Below, in pieces: positions 11,478-24,215 of a DNA stretch of 44,471 nt. The position numbers and the translations under genes are program-made. Position 1 is the first letter of the stretch, and each line of letters opens with the position of its first letter. Origin of the DNA: Octopus bimaculoides (Eukaryota); the NCBI RefSeq assembly GCF_001194135.2, contig NC_068981.1, positions 151,504,428-151,548,898 of the forward strand, read 5' to 3'. The notes beneath the pieces are model-generated. The model saw only the letters and a list, made by a program, of their open reading frames with translations. It was not told the origin of the DNA and ran no database searches.

Positions 11478-11990
11478 CTGTGCCAGAAATAGGGCCTTGA
11501 AGCTGGAAACACATGGTACAATCATCAAGAACAAAGAGTACTGGAGTCGGAGAAATGTAAGATTTTGTGGAACTTTCCTATTCAAACAGACAAGGAGTTA
11601 GAAAATAATAGACCAGACATAAAGATTATAGGTAAGGAAAAGTCAAGTTGGTTACATATCGATCTATCATGCCCGTTTGATTCCAGGATCACAAGAAATG
11701 AGGAACAATGACAAAAAAAAAATACAATCCCTTAAAATTTGAAATAGGAAGAATTTGGAGCATGCGAAAAATAAAAGTCGTGCCTATAATAACTAGTGAG
11801 TTGGAAAGAGTAAGCAAGGATATAGACAAATGGTTCAAGGAAATTGAAATAGAATACTCGGTAGAGCACCTACAGAATGTTTGTCTGTTTGGGACAGCAA
11901 GGATTACCAGGAGGGTTCTAAGCACTTGAAAGACTGGTGAAAGCTTGTGGATAGCCACATAAATCCTACCAGGAATGAGACCGAACCTTA
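11478..11990 (+). mobile_element. R4/Dong-like LINE 3' fragment (RLE domain)
   Basis: KILWNFPIQTDKELENNRPDIKII...IDLSCPFD (PD..D endonuclease), VEHLQNVCLFGTARITRRVLST*, then (CATA)n. Confidence 0.85.
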
Positions 11991-12949
11991 TGCATACATA
12001 CATACATACATACATACATACATACATACACACATACATACATACACATATACATTCATACATACGTGTGTGTGTGTGTGTGTTATGTCTGAAGCTACTG
12101 CTATCTAGCACCTTCGGATGATCTCTACTCAACCGCTACACAACTGCTACTCGACTGCTACTCAACACACCTACCACGGCCAGACTACCTCTATTCATAT
12201 GTCTTGGGAGATCCTACTTCTTCACCTGGGGGCGTCGACACATCAGTGTGTTTGTGTGTGTGTGTGTACGTATGTAGTGTGCTCCTTATGCTTATTTACC
12301 ATAGGAGAAACAATGTATTCTAAATTAAACTGAGACAAGTTTCAAAGTTTGGAATTTACAGTAATGTGTAATGAAGGTGTAGAGAGCGAACACATTTTTT
12401 TTTCTACACTTTTAAAATTCTAACTGTAACTACTCGTTGATAGCCATCTATCGCCCTATTTCATCTTCTGGAATCGACAGGACGGCATTACTTGAAACAT
12501 AAATTAAGCTGAAATCAACATTTTATGATGTCAGGCATATCTTATCGAGAGAAAATATCATATAGTTTAAAAGGCGTTCTCTATTTTCTTTCTTCTCCTT
12601 ATATTGTTAATTGCTCAGCAAAAATAGAGAGAATGAGCGGGGAAGAAAAGAGAGAGAGGGGAAATGTTTTACATTTAGATCAATATATCCATCTGTGTGT
12701 GTGTGTGTGTGTGGGGTTACATGTGACTTTCTACTTGAGATGCCTATATGGATGTCAGTCATTTTCAGTGAATCTCTTGTAAATTTAGAACACAAGAGAG
12801 AAGTACCAATCATAATGAGGAAATCACAACATTCCGTCCATAACTACCCAATACTTAAGCGAATCTCTGGGGTTCTTTGGGCCGATATCTAATTACAGCT
12901 TTGTTGGCATTTAGCAGTTCTGAGACAAATCTCATATAGTAACACTGTG

Positions 12950-13790
12950 ATGCAGCTCAGATTACTTTCACAGGATAATCAGAAGATGGAAAGTGCCCAC
13001 AGGCTCTCTTAGAACGGGATACCGACATGGTTTATATTAAGATTGAACATCTGCAAGCTGGTATTTGTAGCACAAATGTAGAGAGGAGAGGAATTCTAAA
13101 AGATTACAGGTCTGGACTGGATAACATATCTTGCTCCCATCCCAGTTGAGTTGGACCTAGAAAATGTGACCTAAATAAAGCTCGTTTTCATTTCTCTCAG
13201 TTGGCTGACTCAAGCTGCTGGAAGCAAGAGCTTGCAAATGCGATCGGATAACGATAATGTAATGCGTGTAGGAATTAAAACGCTCATACTTGAACATCGA
13301 GACCATACTCAATGCAGTAGACAGTGGTCGTTCAGAAAGAAACTCCAGTCCGGTTGCACATGAACTTTCAAGGATGCATGTTGAGATCACTGCATTTGGC
13401 AAAGATTGCTTCCAAAGACAAGGAAGCCTTAAAAGGAACATGGGGCAATCAACACGCACTAATAGTCCAGGAGGCCTGAAACAGAAAGACATCTGTCTGT
13501 AGTAGGCTTTATTTTCAGGAACTCAAATGCTTCGAAGTCTACCATTGGGTTACTCTGGTTGTATCGAATCCGTCACTTCCCAATTCGAACCAAGCAGCAT
13601 ACAACACTCATAAGTTTATACTCTTCACTCTTGAAGTAGATCCTGCTGAAAGGGATAAATTTTACTACGATTTGTGCAACATCCAAAAGACTACATCTGC
13701 AGATGACAAAGTCATCATCCTTTGAATTCATCGGCATACCAAGGAAGACATCTCGGAATAACCACCTGACTCCAAATTTCAAACAGATTC
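12950..13790 (+). mobile_element. Second RTE LINE 5' fragment (APE endonuclease start)
   Basis: LNIETILNAVDSGRSERNSSPVAHELSRMHVEITA...GSLK, then frameshifted DPAERDKFY...DDKVII. These are RTE endonuclease N-terminal motifs. The 5' boundary is approximate. Confidence 0.75.
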
Positions 13791-15126
13791 CTCTTCAGAA
13801 TTCAGTTCTCTGACGAAGCCCAAAAGTTTTCCGTAAAGACATAAAGGTTGGTTCTATGAAAGTAACCAAGAGAGCTAAGATATTTTGAATGAAAAGAGAT
13901 CTACTACCCATTGGATTTACAAAAGTTACTTAAATATAGATATATAAGGTAGAAAGACAGTGATATACGTTGAAGTGTTTGAAAAATTCGAAACTTAGTT
14001 TGGAGAGAAAATATTTGGGGGTTAACGATGGGACTAACCAAAAGAAATGTATTTGGTAACTTCATCTCTCCATCTCACAAATTCATGACTAAATATCAAA
14101 CAGCGTGACTTTGCAGAAATCCTTTTTTCAGATGATCCGATGACATGCAGAAGAAGAATTTTAGTGCATCTCATCAAGATGCTAATGAATGAAAAGGCCC
14201 TTAGGAGCTTTGGAAACTGAAAATTAATGTTTTTCAAACAGAGGAACACACGATATTTTTAACAATTGATTCCCCTCTAGAAAACTAAGCAAAATCTATG
14301 GATCTGTTGCGATAAATGCCAGATTCCGCAACTGCGTTGACGCAAATTCTGGAATCTGTAACATATCGGTTCAGCAAATGAACCAATTAAATATGTAGCA
14401 GACATTAAAAAAAAAGTGTTCATACCCCTAAAACCTCTGTAAGGTGTTGTCTCAACATGGCTGCAGTCTAGTGATTAAAACAAATTAAGGATTAAAGATA
14501 GGATTTTATTAAACAATGTTCACGTTCTATCAGCCCTATTCGAATTCCGTTTTATATTTCGTTTTAACAATGTTTCTTCGTAATAATGCTATTTCCTTGC
14601 AAACATTTCGAGCAATAATTAATTCTAAACATCTGCAGAATTTCACGTAAAATTCCAACTATAATATTAAGATTACTAATCAATTCCTTCAATTCCAGAT
14701 TAATTTCTTTCTATATTTTCCATTCTGTAATGAAATCTAAAATAACATTGCTAAGCCTATGGTGACATATAAAGAAAATATAATCGTCTTTCGTTGAACA
14801 CAATTCTTCACACATTAGTTTCAGTCAATGAACTCTGTCTATACTGTAGCACCACCGTTCGAAGCTTTTAGTCGATCATACTGAGTGCAAGCTTTGTTTA
14901 AAAGCTAGAATATATTTCATTGATTACTAATTGATGAAGCCTTTTGTTACAGGGCCGAAATGGTATAACATAGACAGTGAGACCGGATGTTATGGCGATG
15001 TAACGATGTAATCGTAAACAGAGACACATACAAACACATACATCTATATACAGACACTTATATACAAAACACACACACACACACATGCATATGTGTGTGT
15101 GTGTGTGTGCGTGCGTGCGTGCATAC

Positions 15127-15205
<79 letters not shown>

Positions 15206-15239
15206 TACGCCCAGATTCTCCATTTATCATATTTATGAT

Positions 15240-15800
15240 CTGAAGGCAACATGTCAACACAAAGAGCAAAATCAAGCAGAATGTCAACTTAATCTGATGA
15301 AAATGATGTTCAAGAGACAAACAATACTGTTACCAACTAGCAGCAAAAGGATCGACCTCTGCTTCACCAACTACGTGAAATTTATCCACGGTATGAAAGT
15401 GTCACTAACAATTTCCTAGATCGTAACATAAAACTTACAATGTATATTATAAGCAAATTCAGTACTAATATGAATGGAGGTTTACATCAAAGATGTTTAC
15501 CACACAGGAATTAGCCAAAGCGTTTTCAGCCTGAACTTTTAAAATCCTGACTGGAAATAGGTTCAGAGATCCTAAAATAAAACTGGTTCAAAGTCTCTCT
15601 CTATGCAAGACAATAACATTAAATTCAAAGGACTTTTGTCAGTTATGCCAGCTGCACATTAAATTTACCTCAGATAGAAAATCCAATACACACAAAAGCA
15701 AATTATTTCATGTGACAAAAGACTCCCTCTGAGACGAAAAATAATGATCTCAAACGGTTTAAATAAACAACTTAATGACAGCAGAAAGTTTCATCTCTAA
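15240..15800 (+). mobile_element. Very decayed LINE RT-like remnant (clade unresolved)
   Basis: Only partial motifs: QPELLK at about 15528 and CAAAGGACTTTTGTCAGTTATGCC (about 15627), resembling PKDFRPISL with frameshifts. Confidence 0.3.
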
Positions 15801-15896
15801 AACACGCTTTTATAGTTCGAAAAGTAAACTCAGGCACTTCTATGAAAAAGGAAGCAAAGAAAGAGAAACCAGAGCAGTCGAAAATATAAAACTAAG

Positions 15897-16214
15897 ATCA
15901 GTGCGACCATGATATAGAGAATAGGAAACCATACATAGTCTTAAATGAGAAAGAAAGCAAACTATGCTGGATCGTAGATATAGCATGTCCAGCTGACAAC
16001 AACGTATGCGATAAAGAAGAAAGAAAAGTTGAGAGATATGACAGGGTAGCTTGGGAAGTTAAGCTGCTGTTCTCGATGAAAAAGGTAGCAGTAGTACCAA
16101 TAATTGTAGGAGCCCTGGGAACAGTGAGCAAAAATCTTGAGAAGTACATGGAACAAATAGGGGCTGTAATAAGGGTGGAGTACTTGCATAAAACAGCACT
16201 GCTTGGAACCGCTC

Positions 16215-16217
<3 letters not shown>
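15897..16217 (+). mobile_element. R4/Dong-like RLE fragment ending directly in (AAT)n
   Basis: IQCDHDIENRKPYIVL...IVDIACPAD...VVPIIVGALGTVSKNLEKY...LLGTARI. Same subfamily as 2114-2345. Confidence 0.85.
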
Positions 16218-16279
<62 letters not shown>

Positions 16280-16280
16280 T

Positions 16281-16647
16281 GCGCGCGTGTGTGTGAATAA
16301 ATATATATTCAAATAACACACAAGGAATATATTTCTCTCTAGTAAAGTCTACTTATATACAAGTCGGTGATACAGAAATCGAACTGAAATATCAATCAAA
16401 TCATACATACCAAAATGTATGTATACAACACATCGGAACACGGACCATTGTTTCTGCAAGATTTAAGAGAGTAAAGTAACATACTGGGCATACTTCTCTG
16501 GAACCAATTAGCTGGAGGACTAAATTTTGAAATGCATTTCTTTATATATCTCCGTTCACCCGAAGACATGTAATTTTAATAGAAATAGCCCGTAACCCGT
16601 GAATTCTTTTCGACAGCGCTCAACAACTGCTGATAAAAAAAGAATAT
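16281..16647. repeat. Unclassified dispersed/local repeat, copy A
   Basis: Direct repeat of 19123-19413; A has 66 extra bp (16495-16560). Confidence 0.85.
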
Positions 16648-16836
16648 TTAATTACGGAGGAGAAAATCTCAGTAAGCACACAATCAATAAATAAATAGCA
16701 TGTGCATTTCCGTGCAGCAAATTTACTTAAATAACTCAATAGGAATATAGAGTTTATTCAGAGTCTAGAAAATTTAATATAACATACACACATACATACA
16801 TACATACATACATACATACACGCATACATATATATA

Positions 16837-17070
16837 TTCTTTTATTCTTTTATTTTTTCAGTCATTTGATTGCGGCCATGCTGGAGCACCGCCTTTAGTC
16901 TAAACAATCGACCCAGAACATATTGTTTGTAAGCCTAATACTTATTCTATCGGTCACTTTGCTGAACCACTAAGTTACAGGGACGCAAGCACACCAACAT
17001 CGGTTGTCAAGCGATTGGGGGGAGGGGAAAACAGACACACAAACATATGTATGTATATATATATATATAT
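16837..17070 (-). mobile_element. 3' half of CORE-type tRNA SINE (head lost in the gap)
   Basis: CAGTCATTTGATTGCGGCCATGCTGGAGCACCGCCTTTAGTC..., the same family as 21301-21770 and 23739-24215. Confidence 0.85.
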
Positions 17071-19122
17071 NNNNNNNNNNNNNNNNNNNNNNNNNNNNNN
17101 NNNNNNNNNNNNNNNNNNNNNNNNNNNNNNNNNNNNNNNNNNNNNNNNNNNNNNNNNNNNNNNNNNNNNNNNNNNNNNNNNNNNNNNNNNNNNNNNNNNN
17201 NNNNNNNNNNNNNNNNNNNNNNNNNNNNNNNNNNNNNNNNNNNNNNNNNNNNNNNNNNNNNNNNNNNNNNNNNNNNNNNNNNNNNNNNNNNNNNNNNNNN
17301 NNNNNNNNNNNNNNNNNNNNNNNNNNNNNNNNNNNNNNNNNNNNNNNNNNNNNNNNNNNNNNNNNNNNNNNNNNNNNNNNNNNNNNNNNNNNNNNNNNNN
17401 NNNNNNNNNNNNNNNNNNNNNNNNNNNNNNNNNNNNNNNNNNNNNNNNNNNNNNNNNNNNNNNNNNNNNNNNNNNNNNNNNNNNNNNNNNNNNNNNNNNN
17501 NNNNNNNNNNNNNNNNNNNNNNNNNNNNNNNNNNNNNNNNNNNNNNNNNNNNNNNNNNNNNNNNNNNNNNNNNNNNNNNNNNNNNNNNNNNNNNNNNNNN
17601 NNNNNNNNNNNNNNNNNNNNNNNNNNNNNNNNNNNNNNNNNNNNNNNNNNNNNNNNNNNNNNNNNNNNNNNNNNNNNNNNNNNNNNNNNNNNNNNNNNNN
17701 NNNNNNNNNNNNNNNNNNNNNNNNNNNNNNNNNNNNNNNNNNNNNNNNNNNNNNNNNNNNNNNNNNNNNNNNNNNNNNNNNNNNNNNNNNNNNNNNNNNN
17801 NNNNNNNNNNNNNNNNNNNNNNNNNNNNNNNNNNNNNNNNNNNNNNNNNNNNNNNNNNNNNNNNNNNTATATATATATATACATATATATATATATTTAT
17901 ATAAGAGCATTACTATACATAAATGCCTCACGCTAAGAGGGACTCTAAAGTCAAACTACCATAATAAACACATTTTTACTAAACGCGAGGGAGTGCAACT
18001 CTCAAAGCTATCCCCCAAAATGCAGGCTAAACGGTAGATCATGATTTCGTAATTATTACAGTATTATGCAACCATTACTCATCAGTACACGTATGGTCAA
18101 GAGACATAAAAATAAACATACCAGACGAACAGTCCATGTATTCAGCATAGTACATAGAAAATTGTTTATCGCTATATATGTATGTAAGAGGCGGGCTATT
18201 CGAATTGCATCTCGGTACATGTGTTTTTTCAGAATAAAATTCAGCACTGAATATATTCTGGTTATATTTATAATTTAATAATAGAATAAAGTCTTTATAA
18301 GAATTTATGAAGTAGTTAGCGTGAAAAAACCTCATAAGGGAAAAATCCATCATTTATTTCCTACAAATATATTTATTTATATAAGGGCAACATGATCTAC
18401 TGTTTAGTCTGCTTTTAGAGGGCTTGCTGTATATNNNNNNNNNNNNNNNNNNNNNNNNNNNNNNNNNNNNNNNNNNNNNNNNNNNNNNNNNNNNNNNNNN
18501 NNNNNNNNNNNNNNNNNNNNNNNNNNNNNNNNNNNNNNNNNNNNNNNNNNNNNNNNNNNNNNNNNNNNNNNNNNNNNNNNNNNNNNNNNNNNNNNNNNNN
18601 NNNNNNNNNNNNNNNNNNNNNNNNNNNNNNNNNNNNNNNNNNNNNNNNNNNNNNNNNNNNNNNNNNNNNNNNNNNNNNNNNNNNNNNNNNNNNNNNNNNN
18701 NNNNNNNNNNNNNNNNNNNNNNNNNNNNNNNNNNNNNNNNNNNNNNNNNNNNNNNNNNNNNNNNNNNNNNNNNNNNNNNNNNNNNNNNNNNNNNNNNNNN
18801 NNNNNNNNNNNNNNNNNNNNNNNNNNNNNNNNNNNNNNNNNNNNNNNNNNNNNNNNNNNNNNNNNNNNNNNNNNNNNNNNNNNNNNNNNNNNNNNNNNNN
18901 NNNNNNNNNNNNNNNNNNNNNNNNNNNNNNNNNNNNNNNNNNNNNNNNNNNNNNNNNNNNNNNNNNNNNNNNNNNNNNNNNNNNNNNNNNNNNNNNNNNN
19001 NNNNNNNNNNNNNNNNNNNNNNNNNNNNNNNNNNNNNNNNNNNNNNNNNNNNNNNNNNNNNNNNNNTATATATATATATATATATATATATGACAGCAGA
19101 CATTCCATGATGTATAATGCGA

Positions 19123-19413
19123 GCGCGCGTGTGAATAACTTTATCTTCAAATAATACACAAGGAATATATTTCTCTCTAGCAAAGTCTACTTACATACGA
19201 GTCGGTCATAAAGGAATCGAAACGAAATATCAATCAAATCACACATAACAATATATATATATACAACACTTCGGGACAGTCCGTTGTTTCTGCAAGATTT
19301 AAGAGAGTAAAGTAACATACTGAGCATACTCGAAGACATGTAATTTTAATAGAAAAAGTCCGTAACCCGTGAATTCTTTACGAAAACGCTCAACAACTGC
19401 TGATAAAAAATAT
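19123..19413. repeat. Unclassified dispersed/local repeat, copy B
   Basis: Direct repeat of 16281-16647, cut at its right end by an RTE insertion. Confidence 0.85.
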
Positions 19414-20108
19414 CGTGACTGAGGAGAGTGGAAAGCTTGGATTGATGAGTAACTGCCAGAAAACCTTCTCGGTGGTTTGTACCAAGAAAGCACAGGTACC
19501 CGCATGTCGCTTGACAGTGAATGGAACTAGGATAGTGCGGAAGGATAGGTTCATATATCTGGGAAGTTGGATAACATCAGATGGAAGGTCAGATAAGGAC
19601 ATCAAGTGCAGAATTGGATTAGCAAAGAATACTTTTATGGATATGAGGAGCATTTTTTTTGTGCGAAGAGAAGTGGAATAGAAGTCAAGAAAAGACTATT
19701 GAAGTGCTGCATCTGGTTGGTGCTAACGTATGAGTGTGAGTCTTGGACGATAAGCAAAGTCATGAAGAAGAGACGCAAAGCTGCAGAAATGTGGTTTTAT
19801 AGAAAAATGCTTAGAATCTTGTGGGTACAGTGATTGACGTATATGGAAGTGTTGAAGAAGATAAAAGTGAAGAGAGAGACTGGAGATTTGTTGGTCATTT
19901 TCTCATGGAGGATGACGGAATGGAGCGTTACATGGTGGAGACTGAGGTGGTGGGAAGGAGAGTGAGAGGAAGGCAGAGAATGATGTTCGGCTGAATGAAG
20001 AGAATGAACGTGCTGAACGAGAAAGACCTGGGTGATGTTGCCAGAGACAGAAATGAATGGAGGAGGGACAAGCCATGATTCATCAACGGCATGAATATGC
20101 CATGACAC

Positions 20109-20112
<4 letters not shown>
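19414..20112 (+). mobile_element. 5'-truncated RTE LINE 3' end with (GA)n tail
   Basis: RFIYLGSWITSDGRSDKDIKCRIGLAK, VLTYECESWTISK, AEMWFYRKMLRI, then GCCATGACAC followed by (GA)n. Confidence 0.9.
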
Positions 20113-20177
<65 letters not shown>

Positions 20178-21300
20178 ATGTATGTATGTATGTATGCAGA
20201 CATACGCATAGCAAACGAAGTTTGCTTTTTATTGATTATTGAAATTCAAATATTTGAACATAAAGATTAATATTGATAGTAGCTGAAAAACATAACTTCG
20301 AAAATTTCTTATTACTGATAATCCCACAAATTATCTGTGTGAATAAATGCTAAATGGTAAAATAGAAATGCAAAATTTCTTTGTTGAAAAGGTAAATACG
20401 TTGTAAATTGCTGCATTAAATGTAACTGCGATAAATGCGATTAGGCAGGTTATTGCTTGAGAAATGAACTTAAAATGTTGCTTAAAAGAATTTCCTTTCA
20501 CTTTAGAGCAATAAAATAAACATGAAATAATTTGGTTTTATTATTTAAAACACATAAATGTAAGATTTGCTAATAGAAATCAAATTTATTCAGCAATTTC
20601 TTTCTCTCATTCCTTTACAATTCAGAAATACAAACTAGCGACCAACGTGCACTCTTAGGAAGACATTACCACTTGTAGATCATCAACGTCGTAGGTCAAT
20701 AACTACTACTATAATTACCTATAGTTAAGTGTAGCGATAAGTAACTAGTAAAAAATATCATCTAACTTTAATGTTGAAGTCGCAATAGTCATTTCCAGTA
20801 AAGTAAATCAGCTTCGACTACTAAAAGAGCTGAACTTTAGATTAATTATTATTTTTCAAGAGGCTAGAGTTTAAGAGCAATTTATTTTCTGAATATTGCT
20901 ACATTTCTTCATGTGTCATAAGTGATTGTCGTCGCTACGTCGCATTCTATGGTGACATTTTGACAGAAATATGCACGAATTTGAATCTCGCACTTCCCAA
21001 TAAACAACAAAAAGTATTAATTAATGACTAACTTTGTTTCTTCTTCATTACAGCACACGTTTGCCTAGTTACCACTTATAGTGCTTTGTTTTTATTAATA
21101 TCATCGATATAATCGTACATTCCATCTCTTGTTAAGGTTGCTTAAATCCAGTGTACGATCAGTGCGTTATTTTTAAAATTATTTAAAGTAGTTTTTAACC
21201 CTTCGTGGGTCGGCGGGGGTCGAATTACACAAAAAGCCATTTGGATCCCGAGGGACCCCTTTTATCTTTGAGGATTTCTGCACTATCCATAAAGTAATAT

Positions 21301-21770
21301 TTACTCTTTTACTCTCTTTTACTTGTTTCAGCCATTTGACTGTGACCATGCTGGAGCACCGCCTTTAGTCGAGCAAATCGACCCCAGGACTTATTCTTTG
21401 TAAGCCTAGAAACTTATTCTATTGGTCTGTTTTGCCGAACTGCTAAATTGCGGGGACGTAAACACACCAGCATCGGTTGTCAAGCGATGTTGGGGGGACA
21501 AACACNNNNNNNNNNNNNNNNNNNNNNNNNNNNNNNNNNNNNNNNNNNNNNNNNNNNNNNNNNNNNNNNNNNNNNNNNNNNNNNNNATATATATATATAT
21601 ATATATATATATACGACGGCTTTCTTTCACTTTCTGCATACCAAATCCACTCAGAAGGCTTTGGTCGGCCAGAGGCAATAGTAGAAGACACTTGCCCAAG
21701 GTGCCACGCAGTAGGACTGAACCCGGAACCATGTGGTTGGTAAGCAAGCTACTTACCACACAGCCACTCC
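21301..21770 (-). mobile_element. Full-length CORE-type tRNA SINE nested in the piggyBac
   Basis: Head GGAGTGGCTGTGTGGTAAGTAGCTTGC (reverse complement at 21744-21770), internal (TA)n plus gap, tail ...GAAACAAGTAAAAGAG. Confidence 0.9.
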
Positions 21771-22001
21771 TTTTTGTATATATATATGCAAGTGCATGAT
21801 ACAGAACAAGAAATTTAGTGCTTTATGGGTATATATTTGTAATTATTAACGTTTAATGGAGGGGAATTGAAATATAAATTATTAGCTGAAAGAAAACTTT
21901 TTTATAGTATAGATAAACTATACGTATAAAACTGAATATAAAATAAAACAAAATTACTTAGTATAGCGATTCATACCAGTACAAATACGAAGAAAATTGA
22001 C

Positions 22002-22770
22002 TTATAGTTCATCAAAACGTGGGACACAATCATTACAAACAAAGTTAGAATGGGCGTCACAAATAGGCTCACTACATACTGTGCATGATTTCTTGTCAAG
22101 CTTTCTTGGACACTTTTTACAACGTCTTTTTCGATTTTCTTGGGGTTGATGCTTTGATGGTCCTACCATTTCCCCACTCTCAAAGGCTCCCATGCACACT
22201 ACATCTTTTCAGTTCTTTGAACCTGTTAGCCTCATAGAAGCACGATAAATAGGTGGACCTGTATTTGTGCTAAATAGTTCATCAACTAACCTAAAGCCAT
22301 TATTGTCCAACCTAACTCTGAGATGAAGACTTATCCATGCCATTATTTCAATATAATCTACTTCTTTCCAATTTTCAGCGTACAGAACTTTCCCTTTTAG
22401 ATTCGTTTCTTCAATCATAAGTTCCATTAATTCATCCGTGAGAAAAAAAAATTAAAAGTAGCAGAAACAGCATGGGAAGGTACAGCTACATGAACGCCTG
22501 CACTTTCAAGGAGCATGTTTTGGCGAACATTTCGTCAGCTTTTGGGAGGTTCAGAGAGCCATGCAGTACATTCATCTTTACCAACCACAGTATTGCCATC
22601 TTCTTGATCAGTTTTGCTGTTATCAATGCTATAACCATCACTAAAATCATGGAATTCTTCAACATCTTCATTTAATATTATATTAGATATGTCACTAACG
22701 GAATCATAACCTGGTGCTGAAACTTCGTATGGTGCATCTACACTGTCTCTTTTGATTTAGGAATAGACAT
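22002..22770 (-). pseudogene. piggyBac transposase remnant: N-terminal region fused to the C-terminal cysteine-rich domain, catalytic core missing
   Basis: ELMIEETNLKG...WKEVDYIEIMAWI...ELFS...GPPIYRASM, joined at about 22203 to RKRRCKKCPRKLDKKSCTVCSEPICDAHSNFVCNDC. Confidence 0.8.
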
Positions 22771-23409
22771 TTGAAATATATCAATTTGTATTTAGAATAT
22801 CTGAATAAAGAACAGAAAAAATAATTTCACTGAAAGTCGATGGGTTCCAGTTGGACCCGAATGACCATATTTTATGCTATAACATCCATATGACTGGAAA
22901 TGTTTAACTTAAAATTTGTACGTGCGTACATAAACTATTGACAATAAAAGCCATGAGATATAAAATCATTTAAATGAAAAATGTAAAAGTTACATAACTT
23001 TAAAAATCTGCTGGGTTCCCAAGGGACCCTGCTATCCCACAAATGGTTAAGTAAACCGGATTTTAGCTCTGGGTTTGAGTCACTATATTTTCTGAAATTG
23101 AAATGATATACCACTAAATAAATAGTGCGTAGTTTAGTCCAATATAATAGGCTGGGTAGTTGTCATTCGTCTTATAGGACCCATATTTTATAATAGAAAA
23201 CCCACAGCCCTCTCAAGTATAAAGATGAATTCAAAATAAATTTCACTGTGCATGTTTGTACTTAATGTAACTGGATTGTTCGAGAAAATTCAGAGCGTCT
23301 GCTTCAATATACAACGTAAGAACTGTATTTAAAACTGTATTCAACATAAGAACTGTATTCAAAAACAACAACACAATTTCAGGTTTTTCACCAAAGTATA
23401 AACAAAATC

Positions 23410-23580
23410 TAGAATGGCTAGAAAATAAGAACTGCTATAACATCGCATGAATGTGCAGACGGTATTCTATGCGAAAATGAGGGAAGACCCTGCAAATCAG
23501 AAAAAGGGAAGGACTTCACCGGAGAGGAAAACTCCAAGACTGGAATGGTTGGACATTCGGCGCGTAATAACGAAATGATA
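23410..23580 (+). mobile_element. Possible very decayed RTE C-terminal remnant
   Basis: AGACTGGAATGGTTGGACATTCGGCGCGT resembles RL.W.GH.AR with a frameshift; this is the only motif. Confidence 0.25.
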
Positions 23581-23738
23581 AGTGATTGAGTGATTGAGAA
23601 CAAAAAATTAAAAAATCAAAATGGTAGTATATACAAAGCTTGCTGAAAACCGAGTCGGTATGTGAAGCATTGTTACCAGTTCAATATAACTGCCTTTAAT
23701 GGAAAATGAAATTAAACAGGAGTGACTATGTGGTAAGT

Positions 23739-23911
23739 GGCGCAGGAGTGGCTGTGTGGTAAGTAGCTTGCTTACCAACCACATGGTTCCGGGTTCAGTC
23801 CCACTGCGTGGCACTTTGGGCAAGTGTCTTCTACTATAGCCACGGGCCGAACAAAGCCTTGTAAGTGGATTTGGTAGACGGAAACTGAAAGAAGCCCGTC
23901 GCATATATGTA

Positions 23912-23966
<55 letters not shown>

Positions 23967-24215
23967 GTGTGTGTGGGGGTGTGGGTGTGTGTGTGTGTGT
24001 GTGTGTTTGTATGTCTGTGTTTGTCCCCCAACATCGCTTGACAACCGATGGTGGTGTGTTTACGTCCCCGTAAGTTAGCGGTTCGGCAAAAAGGACCGAT
24101 AGAATAAGTACTAGGCTTACAAAGAATAAGACCTGGGGTCAATGTGCTCGACTAAAGGCGATGCACCAGCATGGCCGCAGTCAAATGACTGAAACAAGTA
24201 AAATAGTAAAAGAGT
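23739..24215 (+). mobile_element. Full-length CORE-type tRNA SINE with internal (TA)n(TG)n
   Basis: A-box-like TGGCTGTGTGG, B-box-like GGGTTCAGTCCC, CORE-like GGGCAAGTGTCTT, tail GGCGATGCACCAGCATGGCCGCAGTC...GAAACAAGTAAAA. Confidence 0.9.

Larger units (their letters stand above)
21199..23046 (-). mobile_element. Internally deleted piggyBac (PGBD4-like) DNA transposon with TTAA target duplication
   Basis: TTAA at 21195-21198 and 23047-23050. Imperfect TIRs CCCTTCGTGGG / CCATTTGTGGG and subterminal GGWTCCCNAGGGACCC motifs at 21243 and 23014. Transposase remnants lie on the minus strand. Confidence 0.85.

Noticed and set aside
13811-13845. CTGACGAAGCCC... hammerhead-like start
   Set aside because: No closing stem II and no GAAA.
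14080-14200. RDFAEILFSD resembling the Tc1 'VLFSDE' motif
   Set aside because: A single short motif with no supporting downstream DDE motifs or TIRs.
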